A DNA stretch of 61,398 nucleotides, the filler included, from Nemertoderma westbladi (taxonomy: Eukaryota > Animalia > Xenacoelomorpha): assembly GCA_032718475.1 (NCBI GenBank). It is 3 parts of 3 records of this genome, joined end to end, with 100 filler letters (N's around TTAATTAATTAA, not from the genome) between each part and the next. Parts side by side here need not be neighbours in the genome. Positions count along the whole stretch, not along the records: positions 48,769 to 61,398 come from JAUCBJ010002505.1; 2 more parts are not named here. One strand, given 5' to 3'. Made by a program: the position numbers and the translations under genes. How positions within the stretch are numbered: position 1 is the stretch's first letter; every line of letters starts with the position of its first letter. Positions 50,865-61,398 of this stretch are shown in pieces. The notes below the pieces were generated by a model. That model saw only the letters and a list, made by a program, of their open reading frames with translations, had not been told where the DNA came from and did no database searches.

Positions 50865-52225
50865 TAAAAGTGCTACCAATAATAAAAAACGTTAGCTATG
50901 TAAACTACAAAACAAGTTACGTAATATTATTTTTTTTTATTTTATGAATAATTGTGCTGCTGTGTGCTGCCATAAAAATACTAGCTATATCAATTTCAAT
51001 AAATAAGACTAATCACCAATAAAATGTGTGTGTAAACCAAGTTAAATTACGAGGCGGTAGGCAAAATATAAACGAAGCGGTTAACGAAACGGCGGTGAAC
51101 AATAAATAAAACAAACGAGCATAGGCGTAGGCCTACGGTACCCCTACATACCGTTAGACGATTTGCCAAATATGGGTAATCAAAGCTTTCATATCATAGC
51201 TAAGTATACTGAAATTACAGTACATTCAGATCTAAACATATACAGATATACGTAGTTGTTTATCTCTGTTCTAGAACACTTAATTTAATTACTCCAGTAA
51301 CAAACGTTTATAATTTAATGTAATTTTTGGAATAGATTGACTAATTTGTACTTGTATTTTATGCTGTAAAAAAAATTCCCCAAGGTATCCCAACTGGCAC
51401 CCAGTGAATATTTACATTATTACTATCAGGGAAGACATTGAGAAAATAAAATTGCGTGATGACCCAAGTTCACGGTCCTCCCTTGAGCTCTATTGGGCGT
51501 CTACTGGACTAAGTGATTTATGTTCTGGTACATATTTTCGACTCGTTACATGTTTAATTTTTGTGGTAGCTAGTGTTTTCAATGGTAGTTAATCTATTCA
51601 TAAAATGGTACAGCAGCTAGTGTTTATAAAAATACCAACAAAGCGTATTATTATTACGAATATCCATAGTAAATTTGGTTTATCTTTATTTATTTATCAG
51701 TGAAAAGAGCCTAGTATTGAAGAAAGTAAAATAACATTATTTCTGCAACAATTAATTAAATAAGATAATTAAAAAAATACAGTAGTTGCACAGACTCGGT
51801 CGTCCTTACCTTATGTTAGAGGCAATGAATGCGGAAATGAAAAAAAAAAACAAGGAGACCTCCTTGTAACAAGTACGAAAAATAGAAAAGAAGGTCACAC
51901 AACTCATTTCCAGTATAGACCCCACAGAACTATACTCCTTACAGGCAAAGAGATAACTGGTACTCATTTAACGACAATTTAATTAATAAAGCAAATATGC
52001 GAGCGCCCTGGTTTGGTTAGTCCCTTTAATGCATTTGTGCCAAAACGAAAACTATCCTGGCCCGCCTGCAGGGGAACAAACCCACGACCTCTGGAGCGAT
52101 ATTAATTCAAGGAAATGGATTTAAATGCTACGCAAGGCTTACGTATTGTATTAGAACACGATCCTTAAAAAATACAAAGTATGCTGTCATGTTGTTCGTT
52201 CAATATGCTCTAATTAACAATAAAC

Positions 52226-52461
52226 ACAATATTGCAATGTTCTAGAGTTAATATACGGAAATAAAAACCTTCAGCGAATAAAACTGTAATAATCACTTCT
52301 GCCTTATCATTCAGCTAATTAACCTAATATAATAACCTCGGCCTGCGGCCTCGGTAATTATACAGGTTAATTTGCTTCTGGAACGGCATCAGTGATTATT
52401 CAGTTTAATTCGCTTCAGGTTATTATTTCCGTATATTAACTCTAGAACATTGCAATATTGT
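52226..52461. mobile_element. Fold-back hairpin element
   Basis: acaatattgcaatgttctagagttaatatacggaaataa is a perfect IR of the right end; centre cctcggcctgcggcctcgg. Confidence 0.85.
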
Positions 52462-52463
52462 AT

Positions 52464-52956
52464 GTGGGGCGAGCCACGAAGTTGGCGGAGCCTTAGCGAA
52501 TTGACACTGTTAGGGGGTGGGTCAATTTATGCAAATAGTTGTCGTCGTCGTCGTCGTTGTCGTCGTCGTCGTTGTCGTCGTCGTTACGATTTTGACATGC
52601 TAATAACTTTGTCGGATTTAAAGCTGCCAAGTTGAAAATTTGTAGGTATCAATATGAGCAAAAGTTGAGATTTTTGAGAGACTTTCAGACACCATCAGTG
52701 CAATGGTCTCCCGCTAGAGGGCCACATGTCTAAACATTAAATGCCCTCCCATTTCTTTGCTTTTAATCCGTTTAAGCTGAAACTTGGCAGATATGTATTA
52801 GACCATTAGCTGTGACTTTCAAAGGAGGCGAATCCATCTGCAGTTCTCCAGTCTGCCGCTAGAGGGCCAACGTGACTATTTGCATAAATTGACCTACCCC
52901 CTAACAGTGTCAATTCGCTAAGGCTCTGCCAACTTCGTGCTGCGCGAAGTCCCCAC
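52464..52956. mobile_element. MITE with ~75-bp TIRs and an internal (GTC)n microsatellite
   Basis: gtgggg...gccttagcgaattgacactgttagggggtgggtcaatttatgcaaatagt versus its reverse complement at ~52875-52956. A diverged lone arm lies at ~58494-58570. Confidence 0.85.
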
Positions 52957-52980
52957 TTCGTGTATATTAAATGTGTTCAT

Positions 52981-53879
52981 ATACACCATAACCCTTAATA
53001 CAACAACCATTTTTAGGTGGTCGGAGCCCCCCCCCCCCCCCCCTAATTTTCGTAAAATTTCAATAAAATGCTACGAAATTCGGTATGATGATAGATCGAC
53101 ACCTTTTCTTACTGGTGGCCTGGCCGAATTTTTCAATTTTTCAGTTATTTTCCATTCAACAATCCCTTAAAAAATGTCTACTTAGCAATGTTTAACCACC
53201 TCCGTAGACTTTATTTTACGTCTTTGAAATGTAATCTACTGTAGATATCATTCGAAGCGCCTTCGTCTGTAGATTCCGAATCTGAAAACTGTTTTAAATT
53301 TAACCAAATATTGGTAAAGATATTATCAAAATACTAATGTGTAAATTTAGAGACGTAAATCGCTATAATTCTGATGTTTTGTTGTCTTTATTCTAGAATA
53401 TTAATTATTATTTAGCTGAGCGTTTAAAACTCTCCATCTTGTTTTTCATTACCCATTATTAATATTCTAGAATTGAGTAAAAAAAAACATTAGAATTATA
53501 GCGATTTACGTCACAAAAATTTACACCTTAGTATTTTGATAATATCTCCGGAAGTTCTTGGTGAAATTTACAACGGGTTTCATATTCGGAATCTGTAGAT
53601 GAAGGCGGTTCTAATGATATCTAGATTTCATTCCAAATACAAAAAAATAAAGCTGACGGAGGTGGCTAAATATTGCAAAATATACGATTTTTATCGGCTT
53701 GTTGTATCGAAATAGCTGATAAATTAAAAAATCCAGCCAGGCCAGCAGTAAGAAAAGGTGTCGATCTATCATCATACCAAATTTCGTAGCATTTTATTGC
53801 AATTTGAAAAAAATTAGGGGGGGGGGGGGGGGGGTCCGACCCCCTAAAAATGGTTGTTGTATTAAGGGTTATGGTGTAT
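52981..53879. mobile_element. ~900-bp almost fully palindromic fold-back element
   Basis: atacaccataacccttaatacaacaaccatttttagg versus cctaaaaatggttgttgtattaagggttatggtgtat; symmetry continues inward to ~53400/53470. Confidence 0.88.
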
Positions 53880-55231
53880 TTATGCATGTTTTCTTTATTT
53901 TACTTAGTTATTTCATTCGTGCACAGTAATTACAGTACTTTCACATTTTTTAACATAATTTTATTTTGATTTAGGCTACACACATTGCATTATTAAGATT
54001 ATGTTATGATTATGTTAAGATTATATCTATACAATATACAGATACTGTATTTGTAAGGTAATCTTTAAAAAAAACGCGTGATACTTTTCTTGTTAATGTG
54101 GCCGGTGTACTAAATAGAAAAACTCACAATTATCCACAATCATTACAAATTTTCAGCTGCTGCGTTATTTGACTATTAAAAAATCAAACCGATTCAATCT
54201 GCCGATCTTGTAAAGCTGTTTGTAGTGCAGGGGTGTGTCAGGCTGAGGCAACTTAACGATACTGAACGGTTCCAAAGTACCAGACCAGGTACCACACCGC
54301 TGTACCAGTTGAGCAGTACCAGTTAGTACCAGTATCACTGATGTACCACTACCTCAGTATTTGGTACTGTGGTAGTACCGGTAGACTATTGGTTTCTCCT
54401 CAGCTACGCACCTGCTCTGCTGTTCTGTGTTTATAGTTTCAGGGTTTTACGTGTCTGCCTGCATGCTGGCATGTCAGCATGTGCAATGCAGCAATGCTGC
54501 AATGTGGCATGTCTGCATGTGTACCAGTTGCCAGTACAGCAGTAAACGGTACCCGCCGGCCACCAACTGACCGACACATTGTGTGATTCACGGATTGATT
54601 CCTCCACTAAACAACCAGAAAACACCAGTTCAGCAGTCACCCGCAGTCAGGCAGTCTGCCAGTCATCATACTGTTGTTACGGTAGGTACCGGTACTGTGT
54701 TATTATAGGCCTACTGTATACAGGGTACCGGACAGCCGGACCGGTGCAATAGGCCTACTGCCAGACTGCTGTACTGCAATACCAGAATGTCCCAATACAG
54801 CAATACCAATACCGGTACCTAAATACAGCAATAGCTGGATAGGGCTTACCACATACAGACATAGCTGCATACACTGATACAGGCATGAGCATAGGCCTAC
54901 CACCTACAGCCATAAATCAAATTTCCCGGTACAAACACAATCAGACAGTCGCAGTGTCGCGTCGCTGCTGCACTGGCTGACTGGCCTGCCTGCCTGCTGG
55001 CTGCAGGCTAACTTGACTACGAGTTGCAAACGTTCATATAACAGTCTGCCAGTATAGTGGTAGGTATAGGCCTACATACAGCAGTACACAGGTACAGGAA
55101 TATCGGAGGTTCGCCTGCTTTCCAACTACCGGTCACGCGGTCAGCTGGTAGGCCTACCCTGCTACCGTACGGTAGCTGACTAGGGAGGGCCACTCCTGCA
55201 CTCCCTTACAGCCTTTGGGCTTATCCGCGAG

Positions 55232-55774
55232 ATGGGCGCTCTTTTCTGTAAACTTTGGAGTTTGTTTTCAACCCGTGAGTATAAAGTTATCATAGTTGGG
55301 TTGGACAATGCCGGAAAAACCACGATACTCTATCAATTTCTTATGAACGAAGTTGTTCACACGTCCCCTACCATCGGTAGCAATGTGGAAGAGATTATTT
55401 GGAAGAATATCCATTTCCTAATGTGGGACATCGGGGGACAGGAGACCTTGCGATCCGCTTGGAACACTTACTACGCCAATACCGACGTGCTAGTATTAGT
55501 CGTAGACTCCACCGATCGAGAGCGAATAAATATATCTAAGAGCGAACTACACAACATGTTGGCGTCTGAAGACTTACACCGCGCCAGTATACTGGTATTC
55601 GCGAATAAACAGGACGTCGATGGTTCTATGAGCGCCGCTGAGATCTCACAACACATGAATCTTACTAATATTAAGGACCACATGTGGCACATACAGGCGT
55701 GTTGCGCGCTGACTGGCCATGGACTGTCTGATGGACTGGATTGGATTACCTCGCAGATTCGTAAAACCTCTTGA
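55232..55774 (+). CDS. ARL5: ADP-ribosylation factor-like GTPase 5, intronless CDS
   Basis: MG myristoylation start, [12 protein letters not shown]5-typical [39 protein letters not shown]. Confidence 0.96.
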   Translation: MGALFCKLWSLFSTREYKVIIVGLDNAGKTTILYQFLMNEVVHTSPTIGSNVEEIIWKNIHFLMWDIGGQETLRSAWNTYYANTDVLVLVVDSTDRERINISKSELHNMLASEDLHRASILVFANKQDVDGSMSAAEISQHMNLTNIKDHMWHIQACCALTGHGLSDGLDWITSQIRKTS

Positions 55775-56156
55775 TATCGGGTCCCTTACTAGTCCGCAGT
55801 ACCGAGGGGCGCGTGGTTTATTACAGCCAATGAGACTGAAGTAATATCCCTTATATATTTATTGCCCGCCTCCGGTTCGTTTCTTTTAATGATATTTTTT
55901 TAAACATAAGAATATTTATATCAGTTTCCAGTTGTTCCCGCTCATTAAATAGTAACATTTTTTAATACAGTAACATACAGGCGTAATGTAAATTTTGGGT
56001 TTATAATATCATGGCCCATAGCAGCTTGATTACAGATAACATATGTATAAAAATGTTAGACAGCTTAATAATCTTACTGAATTGGTATTCATCATTTATA
56101 TAGATTAGCATAGATGACTAGGATTAATTCATTGGTACTGGTACTAAAGTAGAGCG

Positions 56157-58010
56157 ATGTTACGTGCCTTTATTCAACGTGGATATTCTAGCCGTAGCCC
56201 AAGATTAACAACATGGGACACTAAGATTAACCAATCACAGGGCTGCCAGTTTACCAAGGTTAACCAACCACAGGGCGACCGATTTTCGGCGCACCAATCC
56301 AACCCTGAACGGACCGTACGTTTGCCCTTACCCAGGAAGACCACTCTGACATCGGGACTGGGGCAGTCCCGTCACGGACAGGCAAGGTCTGTTATTAGCG
56401 AGCTGAAGGAACCAGTTGCGATTGAGGGAAGGAAGGTGACTTCCAGGGGATGGATAGGGGATCCTGGGAGAAGGTTTGCGGATCCTGGGAGAGGGATTGG
56501 GGATCTTGAAGAGATTAGGGACACCAAGAGTGTCGATGGTGATAAGGGGGAAGGGGATCTAAAGGCAGGGGCGGGATCCAGACATCCCTATAAACATCCT
56601 CCACCCTCCATCCAGTACTACGGTAACATTAAGTTCGAGGTTATCACTGGACACTCGCCTAAGTGCGACCGCATCCTCTCTGTGCTCCGATTGCGGTCCT
56701 ACCGTGACCGGCACGCCAAGGTCTTCCTCGAAGGTCGACTTCTCATCCGAGACGCGCTGGAAGCCGGCGCTGTACTGGAGACTTTGTTCTTCGACAATGT
56801 AGGAACCCTAGAAGGAGCCTCCATTACACCGGAGCTCCTGTCTCACTCCAACCACAAAGCCGCGCTCTACAAGGTTAAATTTTCGGAAATTAAACGCTGG
56901 TCCGATTATTTCTACCCAGGTCAGGGAATCATTGCGGTGGTAAGAAAACCAAACTGCACCCTTTTCCCAAGCAACTCTCGTGCTCTGCCATCTCGTCATG
57001 ATGCGCCTACTGACTCCCCCTCCAATCCACCTAATTCAGCTCAACCCACTAGAACTAGCCCTCCCCTTCCCACCACTCCCCTCCCCACCACTCCCCTCCC
57101 CACCACTCCCCACCCCACCACCCCCCTCTCCACCACTCCCTTCTCCACCAATCCCTTCTCCACCACTCCCCTCCCCGCCACTCCTCCCACTCCCATCCCC
57201 ACCACTCCCCTCCCCACCACTCCCCACCCCACCATCCCCCTCCACACCACTCCCTTCTCCACCACTCCCCTCCCCACCACTTCACTCCCCACCACTCCCC
57301 TCCCCACCACTCCCTTCTCCACCACTCCCCTCCCCACCACTCCTCCTTCCATTATTCTCATCCTCGATGGAATCCGAGATGTTGGTAACTTGGGTAGCAT
57401 CATCCGCTCTGCTGCAGCCTCCGGTTGCCATGGAATTGTCACCCTCCCCGGGTGCGCTGACCCATGGGGTATACGACCTCTGAGATCCGGGATGGGGGCT
57501 CACTTCCGGATCCCATTGTACCAGTGCTCCTCTTGGCGGATCGCTTCCCAGGAGCTCTGTGACCGAGGTGCCGTTGTATTCCTAGCCGATAATACGCTAC
57601 CGAGCGAACGGGTCCCAGACGCAGTCGAACTGCTCATGGAAAATTATCAGGAGAAACTCATTAAATCTAAAAAACATAAACTCACATACCCACACCTATC
57701 AAATACAGCAGACAAAAACAAAGAAACACACTATGCTAGCACTGAGAACAACGACTACAGTTTCCCTGTTCAAGAACGTTCTATTCCATATCACCAACCT
57801 TGGTTCCAATCCCCCATCACACTTCCCCCATGTATAGCCCTTGTTGTTGGTGGTGAGGTTTCCGGGCTCAGTTTAGAGGCCTACCAACTATGCTACACTA
57901 CCGGTGGACGCCGTATTAAAATACCCATGGCAGGCGGAGTAGAAAGTATTAACAGTGCAATGGCTGCTACAATATTACTATTTCATTTGAGAAATAATAT
58001 TAACTGGTGA
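56157..58010 (+). CDS. MRM3: Mitochondrial rRNA methyltransferase 3-like (SpoU/TrmH SPOUT family), intronless CDS
   Basis: Arg/Ser-rich presequence-like N-terminus; FLEGRLLIRDALEAG, KRWSD...QGIIA, DGIRDVGNLGSIIRSAAASGC, LRSGMGAHF, VVGGEVSGLS, IPMAGGVESINSAMAATILLF. Confidence 0.9.
   Translation: MLRAFIQRGYSSRSPRLTTWDTKINQSQGCQFTKVNQPQGDRFSAHQSNPERTVRLPLPRKTTLTSGLGQSRHGQARSVISELKEPVAIEGRKVTSRGWIGDPGRRFADPGRGIGDLEEIRDTKSVDGDKGEGDLKAGAGSRHPYKHPPPSIQYYGNIKFEVITGHSPKCDRILSVLRLRSYRDRHAKVFLEGRLLIRDALEAGAVLETLFFDNVGTLEGASITPELLSHSNHKAALYKVKFSEIKRWSDYFYPGQGIIAVVRKPNCTLFPSNSRALPSRHDAPTDSPSNPPNSAQPTRTSPPLPTTPLPTTPLPTTPHPTTPLSTTPFSTNPFSTTPLPATPPTPIPTTPLPTTPHPTIPLHTTPFSTTPLPTTSLPTTPLPTTPFSTTPLPTTPPSIILILDGIRDVGNLGSIIRSAAASGCHGIVTLPGCADPWGIRPLRSGMGAHFRIPLYQCSSWRIASQELCDRGAVVFLADNTLPSERVPDAVELLMENYQEKLIKSKKHKLTYPHLSNTADKNKETHYASTENNDYSFPVQERSIPYHQPWFQSPITLPPCIALVVGGEVSGLSLEAYQLCYTTGGRRIKIPMAGGVESINSAMAATILLFHLRNNINW
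57063..57347. repeat. 15-bp in-frame minisatellite (CCCACCACTCCCCTC; PTTPL), ~19 units
   Basis: Read directly inside the MRM3 ORF. Confidence 0.93.
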
Positions 58011-58718
58011 TTAATTAAAGTGAGGTTATTTTATTACGCTGTGATTTGAGTTTTCTTTAATTAATATATGCAGTATAAACAATGATTATGTCATATAGAT
58101 ATTTTATTTCAGATACTTTTAAATTTTAATTCCTGGGGGTAAAATAAAAGAAACAATTTGTGGTTTTTTGTCTATATTTTAATACATTTTCCAAGAATTA
58201 TTAATGGTAGCCTCTAAGCTCTAATAGTGGAGGATATTATCTGAAGACTAATCAAAAATGCTATTTAAAGATCATTAAATATTACCGCTAATATAAATAA
58301 TATAAACAAATAGTTAAGTTAGAACTCTGTGTTTATTGGATCGAAGGAGAGACCTTTAGTAAACGAGGAGCACACCAATAAACGATCCAATCGTTGGTAA
58401 AACTCATTGGTTGTATTTTTGCAGGTTATGATTTGGTAATACGATATCATAGAGGTTGTACAATCGCGAGTTCGCTCGTTTTACCATTGTATTGTGGGGC
58501 GAGCCTCGAAATTGGCGGATCCTTGGCGAACTTACGCTGTGAAGGGGGTGTGTCAATAATGGCAAATAGTGAAACAAGTCTGAAATATTATTACATAAAT
58601 TATAATATATGACATATATACGTTATATAAGTTATAACAGTGTCCAGCTTTTCTTTAGTAGGATATCCATTCCAGAAGGACGCATATTCTTCAATATATA
58701 TTGAGTTACAAAAGTGAG

Positions 58719-59343
58719 ACGACATGTGGACGACTTCTGTTACCTGGGATCATGGATCCGGAAGTCAGGTGAGGACCTTCGAATACGTAAGGGAAAGGCA
58801 TGGGCAGCCTTGAATAGGCTTTCCAGGATTTGGAAGTCACCGAGAATTAATCGGAAACTTAAGGTCCGATTATTTAGAGCAGCAGTATTTCCAGTACTCC
58901 TCTACGGGAGTCCATGCTGGGCTCTAACTGCTGAGGACACCAAATCTCTGGATGGCACATTCACAAGAATGCTACGCCGGGTTCATTGTGTCAAGTACAA
59001 TGCACACATCTCCAACCAGACACAATATAACATTGTAGGTGTCTCATTGGTTCCCCCGAGCTTGACACTAGAACAAAATCGCCTCCGCTTTGCAGGACAT
59101 TGCTTTCGCCGTGAGGACCAGCCAGTGCATAATCTTGTACTTTGGCAGCCTCATGGAGTGAATAAGCATGGTGGACAGCCCATGACTTTCTTGAGACGCA
59201 TCTTAAAGGACACTGGCCTTAAAGATGCGGATGATCTAGCAAATGTCATGGGTGATAGGGAGTTGTGGCGGTGCAATTTTGTTGACAAGCCGGCACAGCA
59301 TTCTTAAAAATGCAGCTGCAATGCAGCATGCCGATCCTAGTAG
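58719..59343 (+). mobile_element. 5'-truncated non-LTR retrotransposon, copy 2 of the same family
   Basis: Nearly identical to 47419-48040 in inverted orientation; ends gatcctagtag; 12-bp TSD tacaaaagtgag (58707-58718, 59344-59355). Confidence 0.93.
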
Positions 59344-59885
59344 TACAAAAGTGAGGGTGGGGGGGCATTTAAGGGACGAGCCGTGGATCATCAATAGAGA
59401 CTAGAGGTTGACGCCATGGAGATCGATATCCCCTGAGGCACATTCTGCAGATCTCACCAGGCTGAACGACAGTCTACAACGCAACCAGTGAGCTACTGCC
59501 GGATATGTAGAGTTGCGCTTCTCTGCCAGCAGTAGAGACAGTTGCTTTAGAAAGCGGCTACATTCTGAGCTAGCGGCACCCCCTGAAGTGAAGATTTGAG
59601 GAGTGAAAGAAGCTCTTTCTACATTGATGATGCGATCGTTGTGTCGGCGTTTCTCATTCTCATGGGATTTAAATAGTACTGGAAGAGAGGCATCTTTGTA
59701 TGAAGGTGCATAGGGTGGAATATTCGAACATCAAAGAATGTTTAAAAATAATAATGATAATGAAATAATAATGAAATGATAATGAAACAATGGCAAATAG
59801 TTGTTGTTTTTAAGTAGGGTACCTGTCCCTGTCCTCTGCCAAACGTCCCCACGTTTTGGGAGGTTTGACATGTTTGAAATCAGTC

Positions 59886-60011
59886 GACAAAATCGATCCT
59901 CGTGTGTCGAAATCTGTTTAGAATTTATTCAAATTATGACTGAAAGCCATTTTTCAGTCATAATTTGAATAAATTCTAAACAGATTTCGACACACGAGGA
60001 TCGATTTTGTC
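59886..60011. repeat. Perfect 60-bp inverted repeat with 6-nt spacer
   Basis: 59886-59945 is the reverse complement of 59952-60011; spacer gccatt. Confidence 0.92.
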
Positions 60012-60489
60012 TTTAAATTGTGGACAAAATGAGAACTCATTAAAAATTACAATGAGTAAACAGATATGGAAGATAAGAGTGGGCATTTTCAAAGTAAGCA
60101 TTCCAAACATTGAAGAATTCAGCTAAATTTCAGTTTATATGAGAATTTCAGTTCGCTTTTCGAACTAGTTCTCAACCTAGTAGAACAATCAATTTTCAGG
60201 AAATGAACAGGAAAAAAAAACAGATTTTTTGCTGTATTTTTGACAGATTTCGCCATTTTTGGCCCAAAATTTACACATTTTGTTAAATATTTCAGCTATA
60301 GCAAAGAAAATTAAAAACCGTGGTTGCATCTCCCAATTATTATTCATGCCAAATTTCACAAGAATTCGTCAATTTTTAGAAAAGCCTTTGTATTTTGAAA
60401 TTTAAAATTTGCATTCTTCAGAAAACGCATTAAAGTTTATCGCTTGAGCGTAATTAAGTATGTCCAGTGAAATGTTAGAATGACACAGC

Positions 60490-61215
60490 ACCGCTGAAAA
60501 TTTTGTTGCAAGGGTTTTCCGGGTCGGTGATTTCATTTCTGAAGTCCGTTTTCTCATTTGACAGAGTCATGTCTGTCTGTCATTGCTGTCTGCTCTGTCC
60601 GTCAAAATATGAACCGACAGCTGACAACAGACAATGTGGATGACATCAAACACGAAAACTGACATCGGAAATGAAATCACCACCATGACAACCCCATAAC
60701 AAAATTTTTAGCTAGTTGGTATGCATTCCTATTACTTTGACAGACAGATCACTGGACAGACAGAAAAACACGACAGACAGACCATAGTAGGTTTTGTTAA
60801 AAGTGAAAACTGACGTCGGAAATGAAATCAGCAACCAGGATAACCTCCATAACAAAACTTTTATCTAAGTTGGAATGCTTTCCTTATATTTTGACAGACA
60901 GACGGACATACAGACAGACAGACAATCAGACATAATAGACTTCACTAAAAATTGAAACTGACTTCGGAAATGAAATCAGCGACCAAAAACCACAAAAAAG
61001 TTTCAGCTATGTGGTATGATATCCTTATATTTTGACAGACAGATCGTCGGACAGAATCTAGACGGATTGACAGACGGACATAGAGACATAATAGTATTCG
61101 TTAAAATTGAAAACTGATGTTGGGAATGAAATCAGCGACCAGGAAAACCCCCATAACATAACTTTTACCTAGAAAGAATAATTTTATTATATTTTGACAG
61201 ACAAACCTTTGACAG
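60490..61215. repeat. Degenerate ~150-bp tandem repeat (4 direct copies, 1 inverted), probably transposon subterminal
   Basis: aaactgac.tcggaaatgaaatcagc.acc at ~60656, 60807, 60955, 61112; inverted copy at ~60525-60551. Confidence 0.8.
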
Positions 61216-61398
61216 AGAAACACAATCCCGGAAAGACAGTTTTCATAGAAATTAACGTAGAGTAAGGTTACGATTACACTCATAGCTATTGAACTACATA
61301 CATTAGCTATTAACAAACGGTTTGAAGTTTTGAAATCCTCATAAAAATCTGCACCTGCATCTGGGATTGAAAATGAAAATTCGAATATTTTCTGAATT

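Noticed and set aside
56980-57503. Extensin-like and Gly/Trp-rich alternative ORFs
   Set aside because: Alternative frames of the 15-bp repeat inside MRM3.

Overview
AT-rich, repeat-dense animal (probably invertebrate) nuclear DNA with two assembly gaps; the species cannot be identified from the sequence alone. Genes: (1) a single-exon protocadherin with 7 cadherin repeats (+, 3678-7184); (2) three phase-compatible internal exons of an adenylate kinase 8 (AK8)-like gene on the minus strand (31385-31203, 20528-20375, 19455-19261), mostly missed by the ORF track; (3) a two-exon POP4/Rpp29; (4) an intronless ARL5; (5) an intronless MRM3/RNMTL1-like methyltransferase with a Pro/Thr repeat insert; (6) an orphan 420-aa ORF. 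Repeats and mobile DNA: two large 41-bp satellites, a broken hAT transposase carrying a 3.1-kb in-frame octapeptide repeat, two young 5'-truncated LINE copies with target-site duplications, tRNA-derived SINE heads, and many MITEs and fold-back elements. Most notable: the 9.7-kb satellite (about 237 units) fills one AK8 intron, and its monomer is a near-copy of that intron's own 3' splice site (branch-point-like CCTAAC, TTTTAG, first exon bases GGTTGGTT). The copies differ from the true site mainly by a branch-to-AG spacing that is 6 nt shorter. All homology calls come from recalled family motifs, not database searches.
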